A program made the position numbers and the translations under genes. Shown one piece after another: positions 20,259 to 28,808 of a stretch of 64,000 nt of DNA. The notes below the pieces were generated by a model. That model worked only from the letters and a program-made list of their open reading frames with translations, did not search any database and had not been told where the DNA came from. This stretch comes from a virus. Taxonomy: Duplodnaviria > Caudoviricetes. The stretch is from the IMG/VR virus record IMGVR_UViG_3300025606_000003, positions 1 through 64,000 of that record. One strand, 5' to 3'. Within the stretch, counting starts at the first letter, position 1; the number at the start of each line of letters is the position of its first letter.

Positions 20259-20262
20259 AATG

Positions 20263-23200
20263 TCACGAAAACACTGGGGCGCCGTCGCCGGTGTCAACGG
20301 GCGGCTGGCCTACGGCGGCCAGCACAGCTTCGCGCATGCCGCGCACTTGCAACGTACCGTTAATAGTAAGTTCGTTTTTACCCTCTGTGCTGGACAAAGA
20401 AACCGGCGAAATTTGCCCTGTCTCGCGCGTGGCGTCTGCGGCCGCCGCGGAGGCGCGTGTTTCGCTGCCGCTCGCGCGGTCGTCTTCTCGGCCCCGCGAA
20501 AAGCTCACTGTTTCTGCCGCAAGCTGTACTGTTTCAGCCCGAATTTCAGCCGTTGCTACTCGCTCGCCGTCGGCCGGCGGTGTGGTAGCCCCGTCGGCAG
20601 CGGCGTCCGGCGTGGTCGAACCGGCGGCCGTCGCGCTATCTTTCAGCCGTTTCGCCTTTGCCGCTAATGTAGCAGCCTCAACGCGTTTTTCTTCTTCGAT
20701 CGCGTCGCCAAAACCCTCACTGACGCCGGCGCTGCTCAAAACAATGCCTTTCTTCGCAAGCTCGCTGGATCCGTGCAGGCCGCTCAGCTGCGTAAAATCG
20801 TTTTCATCGACAAATGTTTCAAGTTCAGCGAGCGCCGTTTTGTCGCCGAGCCCCGCGGCTTTGAATTTAGCTTTCGTGCGCTCGGCGGCGTCGCCAGCTA
20901 AACCCTGTGTCTCAATTGTTTTTTCTGCTAACGCCCGGGAAGCTTCTTCGACGGCGTCCATGTCATCAGCGTTCATCATCGCGTACGACAGCTGCTCCAC
21001 GCGGCCGATTTCTTTTTTGTTTTGTTCTCTTTCTTCTGGTGATGCGCCTTTAGCTTGCCCGCGCCGTGCTTTCGCGGTTGCTTCAAGCTGCGCCAGTGTT
21101 GTTTGTTTCTTAGCCGGGTCGAGAACGCCCTCGACTGCGCCAATGCCGTGAGATTTTGAAATCGCGTCGATTTGGTCTGCACGAGATGTTGCTGTCCCGC
21201 CGACGTGCGCTCGATAAAGTGCTGTGATCTCTGCGTCTGCTTTAGTGTTGAGCTTCGTCGCAATGTCGGTGCTCGAAACGACCTCTGTGTCGCTATCAAC
21301 ACCCGCAAGGCTTTTGAGTTCTTCGATAGCGGCGGCGGCGCCTGGGCCGCCGGCTCGTGCCTCGGCGTAAGCTTTTGTTACATCAGAGGTGTTCACGGCG
21401 GCGGAATTAAAATTGCTCAACGCTCCGGCAAATGCGCCAGCCAGCTCTGGCGCGTAAGCGTCTCGCAATTCCGTTTTTTTCAACGCGTTGCCGATGCTGG
21501 CCGCGAATCGTCCTGCGTCAAACGTGCCGGACGTGCCGATGCGGTCCAACTCGTCTCCGAGCCGCTGTGCGATGGTTGTCTCGTGCCCGCGTGTCATACG
21601 AGCGTGCCGTTCTGCGCGATTTTGCGCCACATATTGTTCGCGCTCGAGTAATTGTAACGTGCGCTTGTTTGTAAGCTGGTCTTCGCCGACAATGCCGTGG
21701 CCGGTTCGTGCAACGACAAACGCGTTAGACTGGGCGGCCATTCTGCCCAGGTTGTCAAGTTGCTCGGCTTTTGTACCGCCCAACAGCGCCGGAAGCAGCG
21801 CTGCTGCGCGGGATTCGGCAACAACCGGATCGAGACCTTGGCGAACAAACATTTCTTTCAGCATTTCCGGTGCGCGGGCTTGCAAGTGCTCTGCGCGCTT
21901 GGTGGCGTCCATGGAGCCAGTCTCTTCCATGATCGTTTTTGTGAGCTGCAGGCTGAAGTCTTTCGCAAAGCCGTGTTTCTGTGCTTCTAACCTGTCGGGC
22001 GCGATACCCGACGCAATCGCGGCCGCGTCAAACTCTGGCCTGTTTACCTGCTGCATTACCTCGTGGCTCATGACCTCGTTGGCGATATCGCGCTGCAACT
22101 GGTAACGCTGCGCCCGATACACGTAACCCGCTTTCATGTTTTCTTGCGTATTCGGGTCAATAGCGTATGCGCGCAGCGTGTTGACATTTCCGCCGTGGGC
22201 GGCAAAAAAGTTGGTGACCGCTTGCGCGCCGCCCATTCCGGCCATTTCGGCAATGTTGTGTGTTTTGCCGCCAACAGTAAACGTCTCTTTGCCTTCTTTG
22301 TACGCCTTGGCCATTGCTTGCAACTCAGGGCTGCTTTTGTAGGCTTCCGGATTACTTTCAACAGCTCGGGCAACAGCGGCTAGCGTAACACCTACGCCGG
22401 AAGCATCGCCGCGCTGCATCCGCATAGCGGCTTCTTGCCCGGCTTCTGCTTGATTCAGTTTGCCAAATCCGTGCTCATTAAAAGCGCCGGCGTCCCGCAT
22501 GGCTTTCGACATCATCGTGGCGTTCAACGTGTTTTGCGTCGAAATTGTGCGCGACAAGCCGAGCGTGTCGCCGTACGCGCCGGTTTGCGCTGATATTCCG
22601 GCGAGCTGCTCAAACCCCATGCCAGCGTCGCGTGCTGACAGCCGCAGCTGCCTAAGCGTGCTTTCAACTTTACCAGCGCCGACTTGCGAAATTGTCCCCT
22701 GGCTTAGATGCTCGAGAGCTGCCAACAGTTGCGGCATTGGCGCATTGGTATTGCCGTTGTCGCCAAAGATTTCCCGAACAGCGGCAACGGCACCACTAAA
22801 CTTCTTTACTTTGTCAGCTGTGCGCGACGCGTCAACATTGCCGGCCGCAAGATCGTAACCGCCAAGTTTTTCAAGCCCGCCGAGTTCTTTCTCCATCTCG
22901 GCGGGCGATTTAGCGCTGTGGTCGGCTTCTCGGAAGTCGTCAATCTTCCGCATCGTGTCGTCTAACCGGCCGCGATAAGTCGGCAGCTGGTCTTTGACAA
23001 TATTTTTCTGCTCTTCTTCGGTGGTTTCGGCAAACGTACGCCCGTGAAATTTAGTGTCTGATTTCAGAAGTTCGCGATGCGCAAACTCCTCAGCCAGCCG
23101 GTTCATCGTGGGTTCGTCTCGCGCCTTCTCCGATACAGCTTTAACGCGCTCGGCCGGAGACAGCGCCCCGAGGCTTTGCGGCAACATGCCGCGCTGAAAC

Positions 23201-23862
23201 AAATGTTCCATCATCTGCGCGGATTGCCCGCCAGAAAAACCGTGCATGTCGTCAATGTCGGCGCCCGGGCCGTACATGTTGGCGTGCACAGACTTTGTAA
23301 GATTTTCGAGCGATCGCCCGCTCATGCGCTCGCCGCCTAACGTATCGCGCCGATAAAAGCCGATTTTGTTAACAGCGGCCGCTAGCAAGGCTGGGTCACC
23401 TTTTGAGCCAAACATAACGCCTTCAAGCGTGTCGGGACCCATAATACTGCCGAGCACTTGTTTTCCGACCGGGTTATTCAGCATGCCGGCAATATTGTCG
23501 GCACTTTCTTTATTCAGTGGCGACGCCCCGCCGCCAACCAACGCGGTCGCGAACCCTTGAATTTTGGTCGAAACATCGGCGTTTCCGGAGGCGTTTGCAG
23601 CCAGCGCGGCGCTACGTGTTGCCTGCTGGTAGCGCGCTGCCAATAGCTGATCCGCGACGTTTTGCCCGGGCATCATGTTTGCCATGAAATTTCCTGGGCC
23701 GGCCATCTGCTGCAGCATCGGAATGCCAAACAGCATCATGGCCAGACTCCCGGCTTCCCCGCCAGGCATACCGCTCATCGGTACCGGTGAGTATGCAGGC
23801 GGCCGCATTGGCGCCAAAGTAGGCGACCAGGGGTTACCGGGAATAGGGTACGGATCTGCCAT
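20263..23862 (-). CDS. Tape measure protein
   Basis: 1199 aa, Ala/Gly/Met-rich and helical; between the chaperone pair and the baseplate hub. Confidence 0.75.
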   Translation of the reverse strand: MADPYPIPGNPWSPTLAPMRPPAYSPVPMSGMPGGEAGSLAMMLFGIPMLQQMAGPGNFMANMMPGQNVADQLLAARYQQATRSAALAANASGNADVSTKIQGFATALVGGGASPLNKESADNIAGMLNNPVGKQVLGSIMGPDTLEGVMFGSKGDPALLAAAVNKIGFYRRDTLGGERMSGRSLENLTKSVHANMYGPGADIDDMHGFSGGQSAQMMEHLFQRGMLPQSLGALSPAERVKAVSEKARDEPTMNRLAEEFAHRELLKSDTKFHGRTFAETTEEEQKNIVKDQLPTYRGRLDDTMRKIDDFREADHSAKSPAEMEKELGGLEKLGGYDLAAGNVDASRTADKVKKFSGAVAAVREIFGDNGNTNAPMPQLLAALEHLSQGTISQVGAGKVESTLRQLRLSARDAGMGFEQLAGISAQTGAYGDTLGLSRTISTQNTLNATMMSKAMRDAGAFNEHGFGKLNQAEAGQEAAMRMQRGDASGVGVTLAAVARAVESNPEAYKSSPELQAMAKAYKEGKETFTVGGKTHNIAEMAGMGGAQAVTNFFAAHGGNVNTLRAYAIDPNTQENMKAGYVYRAQRYQLQRDIANEVMSHEVMQQVNRPEFDAAAIASGIAPDRLEAQKHGFAKDFSLQLTKTIMEETGSMDATKRAEHLQARAPEMLKEMFVRQGLDPVVAESRAAALLPALLGGTKAEQLDNLGRMAAQSNAFVVARTGHGIVGEDQLTNKRTLQLLEREQYVAQNRAERHARMTRGHETTIAQRLGDELDRIGTSGTFDAGRFAASIGNALKKTELRDAYAPELAGAFAGALSNFNSAAVNTSDVTKAYAEARAGGPGAAAAIEELKSLAGVDSDTEVVSSTDIATKLNTKADAEITALYRAHVGGTATSRADQIDAISKSHGIGAVEGVLDPAKKQTTLAQLEATAKARRGQAKGASPEEREQNKKEIGRVEQLSYAMMNADDMDAVEEASRALAEKTIETQGLAGDAAERTKAKFKAAGLGDKTALAELETFVDENDFTQLSGLHGSSELAKKGIVLSSAGVSEGFGDAIEEEKRVEAATLAAKAKRLKDSATAAGSTTPDAAADGATTPPADGERVATAEIRAETVQLAAETVSFSRGREDDRASGSETRASAAAADATRETGQISPVSLSSTEGKNELTINGTLQVRGMREAVLAAVGQPPVDTGDGAPVFS

Positions 23863-23866
23863 AAAA

Positions 23867-24256
23867 TTACTGCTGCTGTTTCTTTTTCAGCGTCGCCTGC
23901 CACGCCTTGTAGCGTTCAATCATGTTTTGCGTGTCATTAATTGTATCTTTTTGCGTAGCCGCTTTTTCGCCTTCTCGCCACGGAAAAATGACGGTTTGCA
24001 GCAAACTCAAAGACTCGCTGGCCCGCGTTTTTACATTTTCCGCGCTTTCCGGCGTCAAATTTTGTTTAAGCACATACGTCAGCCAGTGCCGGTGCACGAC
24101 GTCCAGCAGCGCAAGCTCTTCTCGGCGCTGCATTTCGGCAAACATTAACCGATGGCGCATCTTCCAATTGATATCTTTGGGATCGGCCCGGGTGTAGTCG
24201 ATTAACCCGGAAGCAGCAGCCCGCACCATGTAGGCGGCTACCCGATCCCGTTCCAA
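23867..24256 (-). CDS. Tail assembly chaperone extension (T-like; probably reached by -1 frameshift)
   Basis: Overlaps the upstream gene in the -1 frame at AGT TTT TGG; lies just before the tape measure. Alternative ATG at 24229. Confidence 0.55.
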   Translation of the reverse strand: MERDRVAAYMVRAAASGLIDYTRADPKDINWKMRHRLMFAEMQRREELALLDVVHRHWLTYVLKQNLTPESAENVKTRASESLSLLQTVIFPWREGEKAATQKDTINDTQNMIERYKAWQATLKKKQQQ

Positions 24257-25233
24257 AAACTTGGTTCAAGCGCCATAGCCTCAAGACCCTCTACGACACG
24301 CTGGAAGTGGCGCAATTGCTGCGCCGCCAATCGTCGAGTCACTTCATGTGCCAGCACGCTGGTATTGATGTACGCCAGCATGGGCACAAGCGCCGTCTGC
24401 AGCGGCTTATCTTCCGGCGGCGTGTGCGGATATTCCAGCAGTGGGGGCAAAATATTCAGCACCTTGCCCACCTTGTCAGTCAGCCGCTCCAGCGAACACG
24501 CCAGCCGGTACTCAAGCATGCGCAAAACCCACTCGTCTGACGTCGCCAGTTCGCCGGCCTTTTGATCGAGCACCAGCTGCCGGTGAATGAGCTTGTTTTC
24601 TTCGGCCAGCACCGACCGAAACGTCAACTTTAAGGCGCCGCCGAAGAGTTCAAACGTGCGGCTAAACCGAGTTCCACCAAGCACAGACGCCAGAAAGTCT
24701 TGCTTGTCGGTATCGGTGATTTCTGTGTCGAACTTTTGCCGCATATCCCAGCCGCAGCGGGGACAGAACGGCAGGATTACCATGGGTGCCGGGCCCGGGC
24801 CTTCGTTAACTGGGCTACTGGTTGGCGTTGCGGCCGGCTCGGCGGCGGCGGCCGGCGGGGCAGGCTCGTCGGCTGGCTTTGCTGGCTCCTCCGCCCTGTC
24901 ATCAATAATCTCGGCAGCGTTGAGCTGTTGATACAGCGCCGCAACCTCTGGGGTCATGTTGGCAGTTTGCGCCTCAAGCTCGGTTTGCCGATTTCGCGTG
25001 TCGCCAACCTTTTTTGCTGTCGCCAGCATGTCTTTAATTTGCTGCAGCGCGTCAGGCGGCAATCGCCCGGCGTCGATTAGCACGTCAGTTCGTGCTGACG
25101 CGGGCAAGCTGTCCTTCAGTTTGACTAACATCGTGCCCAGGTCGGCTGGAATCGGATCCTTGTCTTTCCAGCCAAACTGCTCGAGTGTTTTTTTGGTGAA
25201 CTCAGACACGTACGGGTTTTCGACTAATTCCAC
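24238..25233 (-). CDS. Tail assembly chaperone (G-like) with CxxC
   Basis: 331 aa. CPRC motif; LTFRSVLAEE; ends EPSFWNGIG; gene order. Confidence 0.55.
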   Translation of the reverse strand: MELVENPYVSEFTKKTLEQFGWKDKDPIPADLGTMLVKLKDSLPASARTDVLIDAGRLPPDALQQIKDMLATAKKVGDTRNRQTELEAQTANMTPEVAALYQQLNAAEIIDDRAEEPAKPADEPAPPAAAAEPAATPTSSPVNEGPGPAPMVILPFCPRCGWDMRQKFDTEITDTDKQDFLASVLGGTRFSRTFELFGGALKLTFRSVLAEENKLIHRQLVLDQKAGELATSDEWVLRMLEYRLACSLERLTDKVGKVLNILPPLLEYPHTPPEDKPLQTALVPMLAYINTSVLAHEVTRRLAAQQLRHFQRVVEGLEAMALEPSFWNGIG

Positions 25234-25244
25234 GGCGGCCTCCT

Positions 25245-28148
25245 TTAAGTGCTAGCTGTTCCAATAATCGGGTAACCATTTTCGTCGTCGTTGAGCGGCT
25301 GCTTTTTCGGCTCGGCCAACCTGGGCGTAGCGTACGCGTCGGCAACAGCGCCGGAGCCTGAGTTGCGGCGCTTGTCGCGAAGGTTTCCGTCTGCGCTCTC
25401 GACGATGGTGAAATTTTGCGTAACAAACGCGCTTTCTTCAACAAGTTTTTGCCTGCCCGGAAACGGGTAAGTTTCGCCGGCCGCGCTTGTTTTGACCGGC
25501 TTTTCTTTCCAGCGGGCCGGGACTTTACCGGCAAGCCGCGCAAGCTGCTGCCACCGATCTTCGTAAAGCAGAAAATCCGGCACGCTGTACTGCTTGTCTG
25601 TCCGGAACGAAAACTCGATCTTTTTGATCGTGTCAGAGTTCCCGGGTTGTTTGTCGTCGTACCAGAGTCCGGCCAGATATGTTTTATCTACGCTGTCAGC
25701 CATGTTGGGAATAATTTCGTCGGCGTATTGTCGCACCTTGTCCAACGTTTCGTTGATTCGCGCGCGACAATCAGCGTCACACGGCCCGACATACGGCGCG
25801 CCCTGCTCAGCAAGAACAGCCCCCTTAGCTGCAATGACATTTCCGTTGCCGATAATTGCGCCGTTAGCAAATAGTGCGCCGTCAAGGCCAAGTGGCCCCG
25901 CTAACAACGTATAATCGCGTGTAAAGTAGTTCGCCTTCTGCGTTTTGGAGTCAGCGCTCGCGCGGAAAAAGTGTCCAACCGTGCCGCTCTCGCCGACGTA
26001 GTGAAACAGCTGGTCGCTTTTGGTAACAAGGTCGGCTTCGCCGCGCCCTGCGTCAATAGTGATGTTTCCAGGCGCGATTCCGCTGTCCCCGCCGCCGGTG
26101 CGCAGGTAAATCTGATGCGCCAGATTCACCACGTTCGATTTGGGTGCGCGGAGCACGATCCCGCCGAAGCGCGCATCTTCGTCGACTGTATCGAAATTGT
26201 AATCCGTTTTTGCCGACCGACTTTCAAGCAGAATGCCGCCATCGCGCGTGGAGCTGTCGTTGCCGGCCAGAACCATGACGTTCTGCTCGGCTTTGATGCG
26301 CACGCTTTTTTCTGTGGTGGAGATATCCACCGCGCCATTTGCGCGCTGGATGACGTCGCCGCCGGCCCACAGCTGCGTGTGCCGCCCAGACTTGACCCAC
26401 ACGTCGCCAGGCGCCGAGAGCGTCAGGCAGCCGCCGCTCATCTTAATCTCAGCGCCATACCCGTCGCCGATCACAACGCTTCCGTCTTCTAAAAGCGAAA
26501 CGTACGCTTCCGTCTCATAGAAGTTCTGCGTATTGTAGCGATGGTCAATTTTAAGTGGCTGGATTGGCTTTGGTTCTTTGAGGTACATCGAGCCGACAAG
26601 TGTTTTGTAATCAGGCACAACCTGGTTGTAACTCGCGTACTGTAGCTCATCCTGTTCCCAGGTTTTGTAGTCGTTGGTGTGCCAGTGAAACGGGTGCAAT
26701 CCAGCGTAGTTGAATAAGTACCCGTGTAAGTCCAGCACCGCGCTGGCGCGTTGTAGGTTAGGAAACGCACCAGAGGCCTCAAGATCGCCTGTAATCGAAT
26801 GCGTCGGGCCACTGCCGTGCTTGCTAGCAGCCCTGTAGTTCTTTTCAGCGCTGTCACCGTCGCCGGCCTCGGGACGCTTCAACCGCGTGGGCTGCGGCAA
26901 CAGCATTCGCTTTGTGAGCGTGATGCCTTTCGCGCTCGCCAGAAAATATCTTCCGTCTAATCCGGTGTTCTCTTCAAACAACCCACACGCTGGCTTGTTC
27001 TCATTCGGAAAATCGCGCAGTTTTTCGGCGCCTGGCGTGCACGGCTCCGCTGTGCCGAGCGTGCTGTCAAGCTGCGAATCATAAACGGGGCCGCTCGGAC
27101 CAGCTGTGCCCGGTTGGTACGTCCAGCGGGCAACGTCGGCCGGGGGCGCGTGCACAACACGCCGGCCGCCTTGCCCCAAATATCCCATGAATACCTGCGT
27201 CCGGTGATACGGCTGCTGATATTCGTGTTTGTTTTCAAAGTGCGCGTAATACGGCTTGCCTGAGCTGCACAAGTACGTACTCGAGTCGTACTTTTGCACC
27301 ATGTCGTTGCCGCCGCCGGGTTGCAGAATCCCCATCGCCTCCCACGGGTAGGGTGCAAAACCTTGCGTATCGTTGTACTCGCCCTGGTCAACGTAGGCGT
27401 CGCGTTCAGATCCGCCTGTCCACATCTGCATGTTGTAACCGGCAACACGCAGCATTGAGTCGTGATAGAACGCAAACACGCCTGTAAACTCGTTTACAGA
27501 CATACGCGCCATAAAGTCGTCGAGAGTAATACCTAATCCGGTCGTCGTAATTGCGCCCCACTCGCTGGCAAGAGTCGAGTCAATCGGGCGCCACGCGCTG
27601 AGATCGCTAACCTGCCCGCCCTCGGGCATTTTCAGGTATTTCTTGTGGCAATCGTCGACGCGCTTTCGGGAAGCCTGCGTAACGTAGTCGTGGTAGCCGC
27701 GATAGCCGATATCCAAAATCGTCGGCACGGCGCCCACGATTTGCGCCAGGTCGATCTTGTCGTGCAGCATCACGATGACGGGCGTACCGGGCGCCAGCGA
27801 CGTGATTTCTGTAGCGCCAAAGCACGCGTTGCTCGTGCGCGTGACCTGCGTCGCCATTACCGGTGCGCGGTGCTTTTCGATCTGCACTCGGTAGCAGTTG
27901 GCAATCGCAGTGCCATCAACAATCCACCCCAAGCAAAGCCTGGCGGTGTCCTGAAATCCCATCTTGTAGCCGGCGAGCTTGCAATTTGGGTCGGCTACTG
28001 CGTGTGTCTGCGCCCCGCGAGCAGCCGTCGCATCTCGTGCGGCGTACTCTGTTTTGTGCTGATTGCGGCGCGCGGCAGCGGCCGGGTCATATAACGGAGC
28101 CTGCCCCTGCGGATCACATCCGCCGGGAGCCGGTGACGGCGTTGGCAT
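25245..28148 (-). CDS. Baseplate central spike (gp5/gpV/VgrG-like)
   Basis: OB-fold-like N-terminus (GWIVDG...YRVQI...PGTPVIV) and beta-helix-like repeats (GSVVIGDGYGAEIKMSGGCLTLSAPGDVWVKSG...). Start set at ATG 28148. Confidence 0.65.
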   Translation of the reverse strand: MPTPSPAPGGCDPQGQAPLYDPAAAARRNQHKTEYAARDATAARGAQTHAVADPNCKLAGYKMGFQDTARLCLGWIVDGTAIANCYRVQIEKHRAPVMATQVTRTSNACFGATEITSLAPGTPVIVMLHDKIDLAQIVGAVPTILDIGYRGYHDYVTQASRKRVDDCHKKYLKMPEGGQVSDLSAWRPIDSTLASEWGAITTTGLGITLDDFMARMSVNEFTGVFAFYHDSMLRVAGYNMQMWTGGSERDAYVDQGEYNDTQGFAPYPWEAMGILQPGGGNDMVQKYDSSTYLCSSGKPYYAHFENKHEYQQPYHRTQVFMGYLGQGGRRVVHAPPADVARWTYQPGTAGPSGPVYDSQLDSTLGTAEPCTPGAEKLRDFPNENKPACGLFEENTGLDGRYFLASAKGITLTKRMLLPQPTRLKRPEAGDGDSAEKNYRAASKHGSGPTHSITGDLEASGAFPNLQRASAVLDLHGYLFNYAGLHPFHWHTNDYKTWEQDELQYASYNQVVPDYKTLVGSMYLKEPKPIQPLKIDHRYNTQNFYETEAYVSLLEDGSVVIGDGYGAEIKMSGGCLTLSAPGDVWVKSGRHTQLWAGGDVIQRANGAVDISTTEKSVRIKAEQNVMVLAGNDSSTRDGGILLESRSAKTDYNFDTVDEDARFGGIVLRAPKSNVVNLAHQIYLRTGGGDSGIAPGNITIDAGRGEADLVTKSDQLFHYVGESGTVGHFFRASADSKTQKANYFTRDYTLLAGPLGLDGALFANGAIIGNGNVIAAKGAVLAEQGAPYVGPCDADCRARINETLDKVRQYADEIIPNMADSVDKTYLAGLWYDDKQPGNSDTIKKIEFSFRTDKQYSVPDFLLYEDRWQQLARLAGKVPARWKEKPVKTSAAGETYPFPGRQKLVEESAFVTQNFTIVESADGNLRDKRRNSGSGAVADAYATPRLAEPKKQPLNDDENGYPIIGTAST

Positions 28149-28213
28149 AGTCCACCAATCGGTGAGGTTACGGGCCCGAAGGCCCCAGGTGTCGTAAAGA
28201 CCCCTAATACCGT

Positions 28214-28246
28214 AAACGGCGGCTGCGCAAAGCGCAACCGCCGTTT
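28214..28246 (-). terminator. Intrinsic terminator-like hairpin after the tail tube gene
   Basis: aaacggcggctgcgc-aaa-gcgcaaccgccgttt; the single mismatch is a G-U pair on the minus strand. Confidence 0.6.
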
Positions 28247-28276
28247 TGGTTTGCGTTTTTAATCGGCCGCTACGTA

Positions 28277-28786
28277 TCAGACGTAGTAGAGGTCGACAAA
28301 CATGAATCCAAGCTGCTCGTTGATCACAATCTCTTGCGCGGACACATTGGCGCCAACCTGATTCAGAGTGGCGTCCTTTAACGTGTACGTGACGCCGGCT
28401 CCCGCGGTTGCGCCTGCGGTTGCGCTTACGCACGTCGCGGCCGTTGCGTCAAGTGTCATGTTTTGTGGGTTGCACAAATTACCAAACGTGCTCACGAGAT
28501 TTTTAAACACGGCGGCGCCCGTTACAACGCGCGTAAACGTTGCGGTGCCCTGCCGCCGATTACCAACGTAATACACGTTGGTAGATCCAATTTCGTACAG
28601 CATGTTGACCGTGCGCTGGCATGACCACTGCGCCTGCTGCACCAGCGCGCCCTCCGGGGAGGCCGCCGGGCTCGAGCCGGCCGACGTGCCTGTCGTCCAG
28701 GTTAAATGCACGTCGTCGGCACGGAACGCGCCCTTGAATTGCTGATCAGCGCCGCCGCCGGCTGCGAATACACTGCTACTAGCCAT
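28277..28786 (-). CDS. Tail tube protein
   Basis: 169 aa after the sheath; QRTVNMLYEIGS...YYVG motif. Confidence 0.8.
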   Translation of the reverse strand: MASSSVFAAGGGADQQFKGAFRADDVHLTWTTGTSAGSSPAASPEGALVQQAQWSCQRTVNMLYEIGSTNVYYVGNRRQGTATFTRVVTGAAVFKNLVSTFGNLCNPQNMTLDATAATCVSATAGATAGAGVTYTLKDATLNQVGANVSAQEIVINEQLGFMFVDLYYV

Positions 28787-28808
28787 GTTTTAAGACTCCT
28801 AGTGATTC

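Noticed and set aside
28149-28433. 95-aa N-terminal extension of the spike ORF in the track
   Set aside because: It overlaps the tube gene and a terminator hairpin; ATG 28148 is the more plausible start.
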